Assembly: GCA_051294905.1 (NCBI GenBank)
Contig: CM119371.1
Span: 6,264,001 to 6,328,000 of the forward strand
Length of the DNA stretch: 64,000 nucleotides
Direction: 5' to 3'
Source: Botryllus schlosseri
Taxonomy: Eukaryota
The position numbers were made by a program, and so were the translations under genes. Below the pieces are notes generated by a model that saw only the letters and a list, made by a program, of their open reading frames with translations, was not told the DNA's origin and did no database searches. Numbering within the stretch: position 1 is the stretch's first letter; every line of letters starts with the position of its first letter. This document shows, piece after piece, positions 50,893-63,152 of this stretch.

Positions 50893-51440
50893 TACTACCC
50901 GCACTTCAACAAAGCAATGTAGTTTACGAATTTAAGTGTCACTGTGATTGTGGCTACGTGGGAAGAACGTCAAAGCGATTGCAGGAACGCATAAATCAGC
51001 ATGTCCCTAGATTCATTAGAACACGCTCGATGAAAAGCTCACCCTTAACTCACCCGCTCAAGATTGATGCGGAACAATCAAAGGCCATGAATTCTGCAAT
51101 TGGCAAACACTTGTTGGATAATCCCGCCTGTGCGAAAAATTATCGAGACGACAGATTTCGCATACTCGGAAAGGGTCGCTCACACTTTCATTTGTGCGCC
51201 TTGGAGTCGACTTTTATCAAAATACACCAGCCAAGGCTGTGTCAACAAAAAGAGTTCGTGTATCATCTAAAAATAGTACATTGAACGCTCTCGTATTCGA
51301 CATTTCGTGCTGGTGACGTCATATTTTGTGTTACGATTGTTGATATACGCTGTTCTTTCGAATTCTCTACTAGTTGCTGACGATTACCCCTGACGAGTGT
51401 CAGCCGAAAATATTCGGGTTCATTTTAATATGAATATACT
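50893..51440 (+). mobile_element. Second Penelope-like 3' fragment (GIY-YIG endonuclease + pLTR)
   Basis: ORF to 51284: LPALQQSNVVYEFKCHCDCGYVGRTSKRLQERINQH...KIVH*, followed by the same pLTR as 60303-60468. Confidence 0.9.
51386..51419 (+). ncRNA. Minimal type I hammerhead ribozyme in Penelope pLTR
   Basis: ACCC-CUGACGA-G(UGUCAGC)C-GAAA-AUAU-UC/GGGU; predicted cleavage after 51415. Confidence 0.75.
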
Positions 51441-53438
51441 CAGTGGCGGCTCGTGACAATATCGGGTGGTGGGGCAAGGGCTGCAAGCGACTTTTTATCA
51501 AGATGACGTCACAATGGCGTTTTCCAACGTAAACAAGTAACTTGGTGGTACGGACTACGGTAACACGAACTTCCCGACAACAGTGATTTTAACGTATGTG
51601 CCGCGAGAGGTCTGCCGGTGAGCTGTGACTTGAAGTGTGGTAACTGCGTAAACGGCGTACGGAACAAAGATTCGACACGGTTCATGTTCGCACTATACCT
51701 GACTAATTATCTGCAGCAATGGAAATGACTATAACTCGAGAGATTGCGTAAGCCTAACTGGAAAGGTCAACGAGTTCGGACACATACGCAATTGTTATCT
51801 CATAGATTGGACATGTCATATTGAATCCAAAACATAATTCTGAAGAACTACGGATAGCGGCCTCGGAAATTCGGTCCCGGTACAGCATAGGAGATTTTGG
51901 CCTTGAGGCTGGAGACTGTCACACGACACATACGGCTTACGCGGTCTATAGTGTCTATATGTCTGCTGCACAATCGCCTTGGGAAAATATATTACCGAAT
52001 AAATACGTGGATGAAAGCCGAAAACTTGGTACACTGTTACATGAAATCATCGAGAAATAGCCTCATGACCGTTTTCGGTATGGTACACTGTCAAAATTAA
52101 TACGAACAGACAACACCGAATTTTGCGTAAAATTTACTGAGGAATAGGCTGATCAAGCGATCAGCTCTTAGCCGCCATCGAAAACGAAACAGCTATCGCG
52201 CTTGACAGGGGTTGTAATTGTAAGCAAATGGCCTGAAGGCCACAATTTCATGGTGAAATTGACATTGGAGAATATAAAATAAAAGTAAATATTTGAATGC
52301 AAACCGAGGATGTTAGTAAACTGTTTCATGATATCATCATCTCATCACCTATCTCAGTATGGAACACAGTTAGCGTTAACACAGATACACCGGCTTTTGC
52401 GTGAAATCCGCAATGCGTTAGGTGGGCTAAGTGTCAGATCAGCGCACATCTCTACCATACTCGACCTTGATAACGAAATTGCTGCCCTAATCATTGAGTG
52501 CCAACCTTGAGACTAGGTACAGCGTTCGATACTAAAATCAAGACATACCATGCAAAAGCTCATGACGGATCTAGGTAAGGAGCATCGTTAAAATCAATGG
52601 AGACCAATACCGGCTTTACGTAAAATATGTTTGCGATAAATGACGAGTCAGCTCTCACTCGACTTAGGAAACGAAATTACCACAAACACAGTACAGTGAC
52701 AAACTTGAAACTTGGTACAGCGTTCGATACTAACATTAAGACTTACCGTACCAAATGTCATGACCGATCTCGGTATGGAACATCGTCAAAATCAATGGAT
52801 ACCAATTCCGGCTTTTGAGTAAAATCTGTTTGCGATACATGACGGTCAGCACACACTCAACTTCGGAAACGGAATTACTACCCTAAACTTTAAGTAGAAA
52901 CCCTGTAACTTGGGACAGTGTTAAATACCACCATCACGACATGACATACCAAGTTTCAAGAATTATCATGGTGTGAAACACCATCAAAATCGACCTATAC
53001 CAGCAAAGGTCGACTAAACGCATATGACGGTAACCGAGTTCAGATATAGATACGATTGTTACATCACACCTTGAGGGCGACTAGGCTATGTTGCCCCGGT
53101 TGCTCGGTAATTTTATGAATAGGAGAAAGTAAATCACTGTTTCTTTATTGTGCGCGGCTTTGAGAGAATAGACAGTGAAAGCTTGTTATGAGCGCTACCG
53201 GGGCATGCCCCGGCTAGGCATTCGCAAAGCGAAAACACGGAAGAGAATTCGATTTTCGCAGAGACTTCGCTATATATGGGCTGGGCATTTACAAGCGAAA
53301 GGACAAGAAGAATACGATTTTCGCTGTGATTTCGGTATATATAGATTGCTGTGCGTCTCTAAATGGTAAAGAACTGTTATTGAACAGAATTTTAGGTGGG
53401 GCAATGCCCCAGTTGCCCTATAGGACGAGCCGCCACTG
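51441..53438. mobile_element. 1998-bp non-autonomous hAT-type element
   Basis: TIR CAGTGGCGGCTCGT. Perfect TSD AATATACT at 51433-51440 and 53439-53446. Degenerate ~200-bp internal repeats at ~52510-53000. Confidence 0.9.
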
Positions 53439-54647
53439 AATATACTATTCAATTAAAACATACTACGTATTTAAAATAGTTTTAATCCAACATTGACTAA
53501 CATACCCGTCGCATCCAGTAAGATTTGACCAAACTGCTGGCGGTAGCTTTCGCAAGCTCGTCGAGAATGATCAAAATCCAGGTTTGCATCGGGTAGAGTT
53601 CGGCGGCCTATTACGTGAAAGTAGATTGCAAATCAATTTTCTCAAATCTCAATACGTGAACGCATCACAAACCTTCAAAGCAAGTATTCCACAATTTCAT
53701 CCATCTTTTTGAACATCAATCCTGGTCTTTAACCTTGAACTTCTCACAACCGAAGATCATTTGGAGTATACTTGTGAAGAATTTTACGGAGAAATATGGA
53801 AACGAAATTTTAGGTGTGTCTTGAACACGATCTCAGTGACGCGAACTGTTGATTTACCACAGCATACGTGAAGTGGAGATACAAAGGATTTTGCAGCTGT
53901 TTCAGTATAGTCTAGAATCAATCACCAACTAACTAAAGTTGATTTGGGATGGACTGACCCTATGGGCCTACTAGAAAACAATAAAATATCTTGTTACTAC
54001 ACGTCACATACTGTAATCTTCTTGCGGTAGTTAAGTTCCCAGCAACAAATCATGCAGTATCTGTAGTAACGTGACTGACGATCTGTCTAATGCGAAACGT
54101 GTATGTTCTCAAGCTGCCAGATCTTCAGTGTCGACCCAGCACCGAAGCACACGCGATGTCGTCACTTAGTAGCGTGTAAGTGTACAGGTACACACGAAAC
54201 AACCATCAAATCACTTGCCCCCTGGCCAATGATATGACATGCTTTGCTTAGATTTAGCTGCAGAAAACTCCTGTTCAAGCCTCAACCTTCAAATCAAACC
54301 CTATTCTCAACATACCAGATGCCGAACGCCGTATAGCTAGTCGGCGTCTGAACAGACACCAAACGCCGTATAGCTATTCGGCGTCTGAACGTAACAGACG
54401 CCAAACGCCGTATAGCTACTCGGCGTTTCAGAAAACCAGACGCCAAACGCCGTATAGACATTCGGCCGCCGCGCGGCGTTTGGCGTCTGGCGTTTGGCCT
54501 CTGAGCGGGTTTAACCCCTGTTGTCAAGACGTCTGCAGGACCGCATAAACCAACATGTCCCCAGATTTATCAGAACACGTGCGTCACGCGATGTGAAAAG
54601 CTCACCCTTAACTCATCCACTCAAGATTGATGCTGATCGATCGAAAG

Positions 54648-57600
54648 GAGGAAGGTTGGTTCGATTGGTTTGAAATAAGGACAGATTTGTTTGAAATGAG
54701 GAGAGTCTCATGTTTGAAATGAGGATAGTCATGTCAGAAATAAGGATAGTCATGTTTGAAATAAGGATAGTCGCTATATTCACTATAAAGTCAGTTACAG
54801 TACCAGGCACGACGTCCCAGAGGTAACCCAGTCCGAACACATCCCAGACATGATGTCCGAACACGCCCCAGACACGATGTCCTAGCGTCAACACAGTCCT
54901 AACACACCCCAGACATGATGTCCGAACTCGCCCCAGACCCGATGTCCGATTGGCAGCACAGGCCGAACACACCCCAGACATGATGTTCAAACACGCGCCA
55001 GACACGATGTACCAGTGTCAATACAGGCCCAACACGCCCAAGACACCATGTATGAATGGCAACACAGACCGAACACGCCCCAGACACGATGTCCGAGTGT
55101 CAACTCAGATCCGAAAACAACCCAGACACCATGCTTGAATGGCCGAACATGCCCCAGACACGATGTCCGATTGGCAGCACAGGCCGAACACACCCCAGAC
55201 GTGATGTCCAAACACGCCCCAGATACGTTGTCCGGGTATCAACATAGGCCGAACACACCCAAGACATCATGTCCGAATGGCAACACAGGCCGAACATACC
55301 CCAGACATGATGTCCAAACACGCCCCAGACACGATGTCCGAGTATCAACACAGGCCGAACACGCCTAAGACACCATGTCCGAATGACAATACAGACCGAA
55401 CACGCCCCAGACACGATATCCGAGTGTCAACTCAGTCCGAACACAACCCAGACACCATGTTTGAATGGCCGAACACGCCCCAGACACGATGTCCGATTGG
55501 CAGCACAGGCCGAACACACCCCAGACGTGATGTCCAAACACGCCCCAGATACGTTGTCCGGGTATCAACACAGGCCGAACACACCCAAGACATCATGTCC
55601 GAATGGCAACACAGGCCGAACATACCCCAGACATGATGTCCAAACACGCCCCAGAAACGATGTCCGAGTATCAACACAGGCCGAACACGCCCAAGACACC
55701 ATGTCCGAATGACAATACAGACCGAACACGCCCCAGACACGATATCCGAGTGTCAACTCAGTCCGAACACAACCCAGACACCATGTTTGAATGGCCGAAC
55801 ACGCCCCAGACACGATGTCCGATTGGCAGCACAGGCCGAACTCACCCCAGACGTGATGTCCAAACACGCCCCAGATACGTTGTCCGGGTATCAACACAGG
55901 CCGAACACACCCAAGACATCATGTCCGAATGGCAACACAGGCCGAACATACCCCAGACATGATGTCCAAACACGCCCCAGAAACGATGTCCGAGTATCAA
56001 CACAGGCCGAACACGCCCAAGACACCATGTCCGAATGACAATACAGACCGAACACGCCTCAGACACGATATCCGAGTGTCAACTCAGTCCGAACACAACC
56101 CAGACACCATGTTTGAATGGCCGAACACGCCCCAGACACGATGTCCGATTGGCAGCACAGGCCGAACACACCCCTGACATGATGTCCAAACACGCGCCAG
56201 ACACGATGTCCGAGTGTCAACACAGGCCGACACGCCCCAGACATAATGTCTGAATGGCAGCACATGCCGAACACAACCAAGACATGATGTCGGAACACGC
56301 CCCAGACACGATGTGCGATTGGCAACACAGTCCCAACACCCCCCCCTCCAGACACGATGTTAATAAGGTTGGTCATGTTTGAAATAAGGTCAGTCTCGTG
56401 TTTGAAATAAGGATAGTCATGTTAGAAATGAGGATAGTCATGTTTGATATAAGGATAATCATGTTTGAAATAAGGTTAGTCTCATGTTTGAAATGAGGAT
56501 AGTCATGTTAGAAATGAGGATAGTCATGTTTGAAATAAAGATAGTCGCTATATATTCACTATGAGGTCAGTTGTAGTACCAGGCACGATTTCCCAGTGGT
56601 AACCCAGTCCGAACACATCCCAGATCCAGTCCAAACACATCCCAGACATGATGCCCGAACTCGCCGCAGACACAATGTCCGAGTGTCAACTCAGTCCGAA
56701 CACAACCCAGACACCATGTTTGAATGGCCGATCTCGACCCAGACATGATATCCGAACACGCGCCAGACACGATGTCCGAGTATCAACACAGGCCGAACAT
56801 GCCCAAGACACCATGTCCGAATGACAACACAGACCGAACACGCCCCAAACACGATGTCTGATTGGCAACACAGGCCGAACACACCCCGGACATGATGTCC
56901 GAACACGCTCCAGACACGATGTCCGAGTGTCAACACAGGCCTAACACGCCCAAGACACCATGTCTGAATGGCAACACAGACCGAACACGCCCCAGACACG
57001 ATGTCCGATGAGTGTCAACTCAGTGCGAACACAACCCAGACACCATGTTTGAATGGCCGATCTCACCCCTGACATAATGTCCGACCACGCACCAGACACG
57101 CCGAAGACACCATGTCCGAATGACAACACAGACCGAACACGCCCCAGACACGATGTCTGATTGGCAACACAGGCCGAACAAACCCCGGACATGATGTCCG
57201 AACACGCTTCAGACACGATGTCCGAGTGTCAAGACAGGCCTAACACGCCCAAGACACCATGTCTGAATGGCAACACAGACCGAGCACGCCCCAGACACAA
57301 TGTCCGAGTGTCAACTCAGTCCGAACACAACCCAGATACCATGTTTGAATGGCCGAACACGCCCCAGACACGATGTCCGATTGGCAGCACAGGCCGAACA
57401 CACCCCAGACATGATGTCCAAACACGCCCCAGATACGTTGTCCGGGTATCAATACAGGCCGAACACACCCAAGACATCATGTCCGAATGGCAACACAGGC
57501 CGAACATACCCCAGACATGATGTCTGATTGGCAACACAGGCCGAACACACCCCGGACATGATGTCCGAACACGCTTCAGACACGATGTCCGAGTATCAAC

Positions 57601-60093
57601 ACAGGCCGAACACGCCCAAGACACCATGTCCGAACGGCAACACAGACCGAACACGCCCCAGACACCATGTTTGAATGGCAATAGCACAGGCCGAACACGC
57701 CCCAGACATGATGTCCGAACTCGCCGCAGACACGATGTCCGAGTGTCAACACAGGCCGACACGCCCCAGACATAATGTCTGAATGGCAGCACAGGCCGAA
57801 CACAACCCAGACATGATGTCGGAACACGGCCCAGACGCACTCACATGGTGTCGACTCCTACAGACTACAGAGAAATATGCACGACAACGCATGATCTTGA
57901 GATTTTTTCTAGCTAGCATTCATGAATATTCTTGTTTGCAATACATTTGATTACATTCCAAAACATACTTGTGCTTTATTGCTTGCGACACGTAAAAATG
58001 AGGTAAAATGTGCATTATGGCTGTATTAAGTAAGTTCAACCTTATAAATTTGCGACACAAGATAGCGAAGTTATTGGGGCGTGTTCGGTTTGTGTTGCCA
58101 TTCGGACATGGTGCCTTCGGCGTGTTCGGCCTGTGTTGATACTCGGACATCGTGTCTGGCGCGTGTTCGGACATCATGTCTGGGGTGTGTTCGGCCATTC
58201 AAACATGGTGTCTGGTTTGTGTTCAGACTGAGATGACACTCGGACACCGTATCTGGGGCGTGTTCGGTCTGTGTTGCCATTCAGCATGGTGTCTTGGGCG
58301 TGTTAGGCCTGTCTTGACATGCACTCGGACATCGTGTCTGGGGAGTGTTCGGACATCTTGTTTGGGGGGTGTTCGGCCTGTGCTGCCATTCAGACATGGT
58401 GTCTTGGGCGTGTTCGGCCTGTGTTGACACTCGGACATTGTGTCTGAGGCGTGTTCGGACATCACGTCTGGGGTGTGTTCGGCCTGTGTTGACACTAGGA
58501 ATCGTGTCTGGGGCGTGTTCGAACATCATGTTTGAGGTGTGTTCGGCATGTGCTGCCATCCGGACATGGTGTCTTGGGCGTGTTCGGCCTGCGTTGATAC
58601 CCGGACATCGTGTCTGGGGCGTGTTTGGACATCATGTCTGGGGTGTGTTCGGCCTGTGCTGCCAATCGGATATCGTGTCTGGGGAGTGTTCGGACATCAT
58701 GTCTGGGGTATGTTAGGACTGTGTTGACGCTAGGACATCGTGTCTGGGGCGTGTTCGGACATCATGTCTGGGATGTGTTCGGACTGGGTTACCACTGGGA
58801 AGTCGTGCCTGGTACTGCAACTGACTTTATAGTGAATATAGCGACTATCCTTATTTCAAACATGACTATCCTTATTTCTAACATGACTATCCTCATTTCA
58901 AACATGAGACTAACCTTATTTCAAACATGACTATCCTTATATCAAACATGACTATCCTCATTTCTAACATGACTATCCTTATTTCAAACACGAGACTGAC
59001 CTTATTTCAAACATGACCAACCTTATTAACATCGTGTCTGAAGGGGGGGGAGGGGTGTTGGGACTGTGTTGCCAATCACACATCGTGTCTGGGGCGTGTT
59101 CCGACATCATGTCTGGGTTGTGTTCGGCATGTGCTGCCATTCAGACATTATGTCTGGGGCGTGTCGGCCTGTGTTGACACTCGGACATTGTGTCTGCGGC
59201 GAGTTCGGACATCATGTCTGGGGTGTGTTCGGCCTGTGCTGCCAATCGGACATCGTGTCTGGGGCGTGTTCGGTCCGTGTTGCCATTCGGACATGGTGTC
59301 TTGGGCGTGTTTGGACATCATGTCTGGGGTATGTTAGGACTGTGTTGACGCTAGGACATCGTGTCTGGGGCGTGTTCGGACATCATGTCTGGGGTGTGTT
59401 CGGCCTGTGCTGCCAATCGGACATCGTGTCTGGGCCATGTTCAGCCATTCGAACATGGTATCTGGGTTGTGTTCGGTCTGAGTTGACACTCGGACATTGT
59501 GTCTGGGGCGTGCCCGGTCTGTGTTGCCATTCACACATGGTGTCTTGGGCGTGTTAGGCCTGTATTGACACTAGGACATCGTGTCTGGCGCGTGTTTGGA
59601 CATCATGTCAGGGGTGTGTTCGGCCTGTGCTGCCAATCGAACATCGTGTCTGGGGCATGTTCGGCCATTCAAACATGGTGTCTGGGTTGTTTTCGGATCT
59701 GAGTTGACACTAGGACATCGTGTCTGGGGCGTGTTCGGTCTGTGTTGCCATTCAGAAATGGTGTCTTGGGCGTGTTAGGCCTGTATTGACACTCGTACAT
59801 CGTGTCTGGCACGTGTTTGAACATCATGTCTGGGGTATGTTAGGACTGTGTTGACGCTAGGACATCGTGTCTGGGGCGTGTTCGGACATCATGTCTGGGA
59901 TGTGTTCGGACTGGGTTACCACTGGGAAGTCGTGCCTGGTACTGCAACTGACTTTATAGTGAATACAGCGACTATCCTTATTTCAAACATGACTATCCTT
60001 ATTTCTGACATGACTATCCTCATTTCAAACATGAGACTCTCCGAATTTCAAACAAATTTGACCTTATTTCAAACCAATCGAACCAACCCTGTA
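54648..60093 (+). mobile_element. 5.4-kb foldback-type DNA transposon B with satellite arms (MULE-like, 9-bp TSD)
   Basis: TSD GATCGAAAG at 54639-54647 and 60094-60102. Ends GAGGA-AGGTTGGTTCGATTGG...CCAATCGAACCAACC-CTGTA. Inverted arms 54651-57836 and 58075-60089 around a ~240-bp spacer. Confidence 0.92.
54830..59930. repeat. Modular CCGAACACGCCCCAGACACGATGT satellite with 326-bp higher-order repeat, inverted about 57837-58074
   Basis: Near-identical blocks begin at 55277, 55603 and 55929. 21-23-bp (tgtttgaaataaggatagtca) arrays at ~54665-54775, 56375-56545, 58845-59015, 59970-60075. Confidence 0.92.
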
Positions 60094-60403
60094 GATCGAA
60101 AGCCATTAATTCTGCCATCGGCAAACATCTGTTGGATAATCCGATTTGTGCGAATAATTATCGAGACGACCGATTTCGAATCGTAGGTCGAGGCCGTTCA
60201 CAATTGCATTTGTGTGCCTTGGAATCAACTTTTATCAAAATACACCAACCAAAACTCTGTCAACAAAAGGAGTTCGTGTATCACCTAAAAATAGTACATT
60301 GAACGCTCTCTCATTCGAAATTTCATGCTGGTGACGTCATATTTTGTGATACGATTGTTGATATACAATGTTCTTTCCAATTCTCTACTAGTTGCTGACG
60401 ATT

Positions 60404-60437
60404 ACCCCTGACGAGTGTCAGCCGAAAATATTCGGGT
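60404..60437 (+). ncRNA. Minimal type I hammerhead ribozyme in Penelope pLTR
   Basis: Identical to 51386-51419; predicted cleavage after 60433. Confidence 0.75.
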
Positions 60438-60889
60438 TCATTTCAATATGAATATACTATTTAATTGTAGATTTGAATGTCTGAACAATAACTGAGAATT
60501 AAATTATCACAAGTGAATCCATAAATTACAGCGTAAAAGATATTGGAATGTCAGCAACTCTTTACGGTCATAGTTACTACCACATTAACTAATTTACCCG
60601 GCCAACTCGTCATGATCATTCCTGAAATCAACACAAACATGACCACTGACTTGAGTTAACCATAAAACAGCATCAAGTTTTAAATCCGCTTGTAGCTGAC
60701 GGATTATTTGAATGCATCGATAGAGAATATTGTTGAACTCGTGAGTATTCTATTTCAATGAACTTTCGTTTTTTATACCGACTGCGAAAGTTAATATCGA
60801 ATCGTAAGACTTGAAACAAATCACATATTTGTTTGATGATAACACAGACATGACAAAAAACATTACCGAGATTTTATAAACTAGTCACC

Positions 60890-63152
60890 TCTACGGCGCC
60901 TTTCGAGAAGTCAAAGAAAATTGAAGCGAAATCCGTGGATGACCACAAAGCTGATTCAACTTATTCGTAAACGTAATCGATGGCATAACCGATTAGACAC
61001 CAAGAACTGCCCAGAACATGAACGAGAAAGATTTCGACGTTTCAGGAATCGCACCGTGCATCTCATTTCCAAGGCAAAAGCAAAGTACAATGAGAGATTT
61101 TTCAACAGACACATAAAGGACACTCGAAAAACATGGTCAGGACTTAACTCTCTCCTACATCGGAAAAAAGGCCATAAGTCTGTTTCGGAAATTGTGAATT
61201 CGGATACCGGAAACAAACTTTCAGACCCGGCGGCCATCGCGAATCACTTCAATGAATATTTTTGTAACGTAGGCCCAAATATTGCTTCTTCTATTACAAA
61301 ACCTGTGTCGGCCAGGTCAGAGGTGAGATCGATATCCCAGTCAATTGTGCTTGAACCTACGACCAAATACGAAGTAGAAGTAGCCATCCACAAACTGAAA
61401 TCGCACAAGGCCGACGGCTATGACCAAATCCCATCATGGTTTCTAAAAATGATAAGCCTGCATATCGGTCAATATATGGCCCATTTTTTCAACTTCATGA
61501 TAGAAAATGGAGTCTACCCAAGCTATCTAAAAAAAGCCAGAGTAGTCCCTGTACACAAAGCTGGGGATAGAACTAATGTCACCAACTACCGTCCGATATC
61601 CGTTCTCCCATGCATCGGGGTTGTATTCGAAAAGTTGCTCCTCTCCCGCCTGTCCTCATTCCTCGCCAAAATGTCTGTCATTTCCCCTCAACAATTTGGC
61701 TTCCGAAACAAACACCAAACCGCACATGCCCTCCTAACAGTGGCCGAACAGTATTATGATATCTCAGAGAAGCGAAATGTGGGATGTAGCATTTTTCTCG
61801 ATCTAAAAAAAGCGTTTGACTGCGTAGATCATAAAATTCTCATCTCGAAATTGGCGCGTTACGGACTTCGGGGCCCACAACTTGAGCTCATGAAAAGTTA
61901 CCTCACTGGACGCCAACAAATGGTTGCGATCTCAGACACCTTGTCCTCTCCTCACCTGGTGACCTGTGGTGTGCCCCAAGGCTCAGTACTTGGACCCGTC
62001 CTTTTCACCTTATATGTCAACGACATTTTTGAAACCTCCTCATTGAACACCACACTGTTCGCTGATGATACTCACCTCCTCTCTTCCGCATCTTCGACGG
62101 CAGAGCTGGATGCCCTGACTGGTGACCAAATGCCCAAAGTCCATGAGTGGACGGCCCAGAACAACCTTTGCATAAACGCGTCGAAATCGCAATTGCTGAC
62201 AGTGAATTCAAAAAATAACCTAACCGTTAATATCGCTGGTCAGCCCGTTTCCAACACAGATAATGCCAAATATCTCGGGGTTTTACTGGACTCGAACATG
62301 TCCTGGAAGAGTCATACTCAGTCCCTAGAAACTAAATTATCACCGAAGTGCGGCCTGTTCTACAGCCTTAGGCGCTTCATGCCAGCATGGGTTCTTCTGA
62401 TACTCTTTAAATCCTTAATCCAATCGAAGTTACACTATGGCATCCTCTGTTGGGGGGCTGCCAGTAAAACTGCACTCAAGCCACTGCAAAAACTACAACA
62501 TAAAGTACTCCGAATCATAGCTAGGGCCCCAAAGGGGCCTGGCTGCCCATCCAACAAGTCGCTGCTGAAGAGATTCGGCGTCCTAAACATAGACGATATG
62601 CGGAAACTAGAAATCGCCAAGTTTATGTATCAGTTCCACTGCGGTCGTTGCCCCGAATATTTCAATGACTTCTTTACCTCGGAATCAAAAGCGCACAAGT
62701 ACAACACACGCGCGTCCACGTCGTCAAAATATCATATGATCGACCGAAAAGATCATCGCTCTATCAAATATGCCGGACCTGATGTGTGGAACAGTATCCC
62801 GCCGGCCATCCGACAGTCGACGAGCATGTCCACATTCAAGTCGAAATACAAGCAATTACTACTAAGTAAATACAGTCCATCCTCAAGATTACCGGACCTC
62901 GGCTGACCTATCGATCTCGCTTCCCATGACATGCCGCCCTATTTCTTGTCGCTTTCTTTTTTCTATACTATCTTCTTTACTTTCATTCAGTGTGCATGCC
63001 TCTTTACATCGCCTAGGCCAAGGTGGGTGTCAGATTCCATAGACTACTCCTTGTCGCTTCGACATCTTCCTGTCTTTTCATTGTATCGCATTTTTTGTGG
63101 TGTATTGAACTGATAAAATTGCTAATAAACCAATGATGATGATGATGATGAT
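60890..63152 (+). mobile_element. 5'-truncated CR1/L2-group LINE with (TGA)n tail
   Basis: RT ORF, ~225-nt 3' UTR, AATAAA, then tgatgatga... to 63152. No TSD seen; 5' boundary approximate. Confidence 0.92.
60921..62906 (+). CDS. LINE ORF2 reverse transcriptase (APE endonuclease missing), 661 aa open frame
   Basis: PWMT, KADGYDQI, NYRPISVL, QQFGFR, FLDLKKAFD, GVPQGSVLGP, LFADD, YLGV motifs. Starts at TTG with no true initiator. Confidence 0.9.
   Translation: MKRNPWMTTKLIQLIRKRNRWHNRLDTKNCPEHERERFRRFRNRTVHLISKAKAKYNERFFNRHIKDTRKTWSGLNSLLHRKKGHKSVSEIVNSDTGNKLSDPAAIANHFNEYFCNVGPNIASSITKPVSARSEVRSISQSIVLEPTTKYEVEVAIHKLKSHKADGYDQIPSWFLKMISLHIGQYMAHFFNFMIENGVYPSYLKKARVVPVHKAGDRTNVTNYRPISVLPCIGVVFEKLLLSRLSSFLAKMSVISPQQFGFRNKHQTAHALLTVAEQYYDISEKRNVGCSIFLDLKKAFDCVDHKILISKLARYGLRGPQLELMKSYLTGRQQMVAISDTLSSPHLVTCGVPQGSVLGPVLFTLYVNDIFETSSLNTTLFADDTHLLSSASSTAELDALTGDQMPKVHEWTAQNNLCINASKSQLLTVNSKNNLTVNIAGQPVSNTDNAKYLGVLLDSNMSWKSHTQSLETKLSPKCGLFYSLRRFMPAWVLLILFKSLIQSKLHYGILCWGAASKTALKPLQKLQHKVLRIIARAPKGPGCPSNKSLLKRFGVLNIDDMRKLEIAKFMYQFHCGRCPEYFNDFFTSESKAHKYNTRASTSSKYHMIDRKDHRSIKYAGPDVWNSIPPAIRQSTSMSTFKSKYKQLLLSKYSPSSRLPDLG

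Larger units (their letters stand above)
48012..54522 (+). mobile_element. 6.5-kb foldback-type DNA transposon A (MULE-like, 9-bp TSD)
   Basis: TSD GTCAAGACG at 48003-48011 and 54523-54531. Ends GAGT-AGGGGTTAAACCCG...CGGGTTTAACCCCT-GTT. Inverted arms built of ~39-bp repeats. Confidence 0.9.
47788..60468 (+). mobile_element. 5'-truncated Penelope-like retroelement (C-terminal GIY-YIG endonuclease + pLTR), split by two insertions
   Basis: Joining 47788-48011 + 54532-54647 + 60103-60302 gives a stop-free ORF: VPWIG...VVYEYRCHCDCGYVGRTSRRLQDRINQH...SAIGKHL...ALESTFIKIHQPKLCQQK...*. Confidence 0.9.

Noticed and set aside
54613..60186. Dozens of 60-174 aa ORFs on both strands
   Set aside because: Translations of a stop-poor satellite in all frames; no domain signature.
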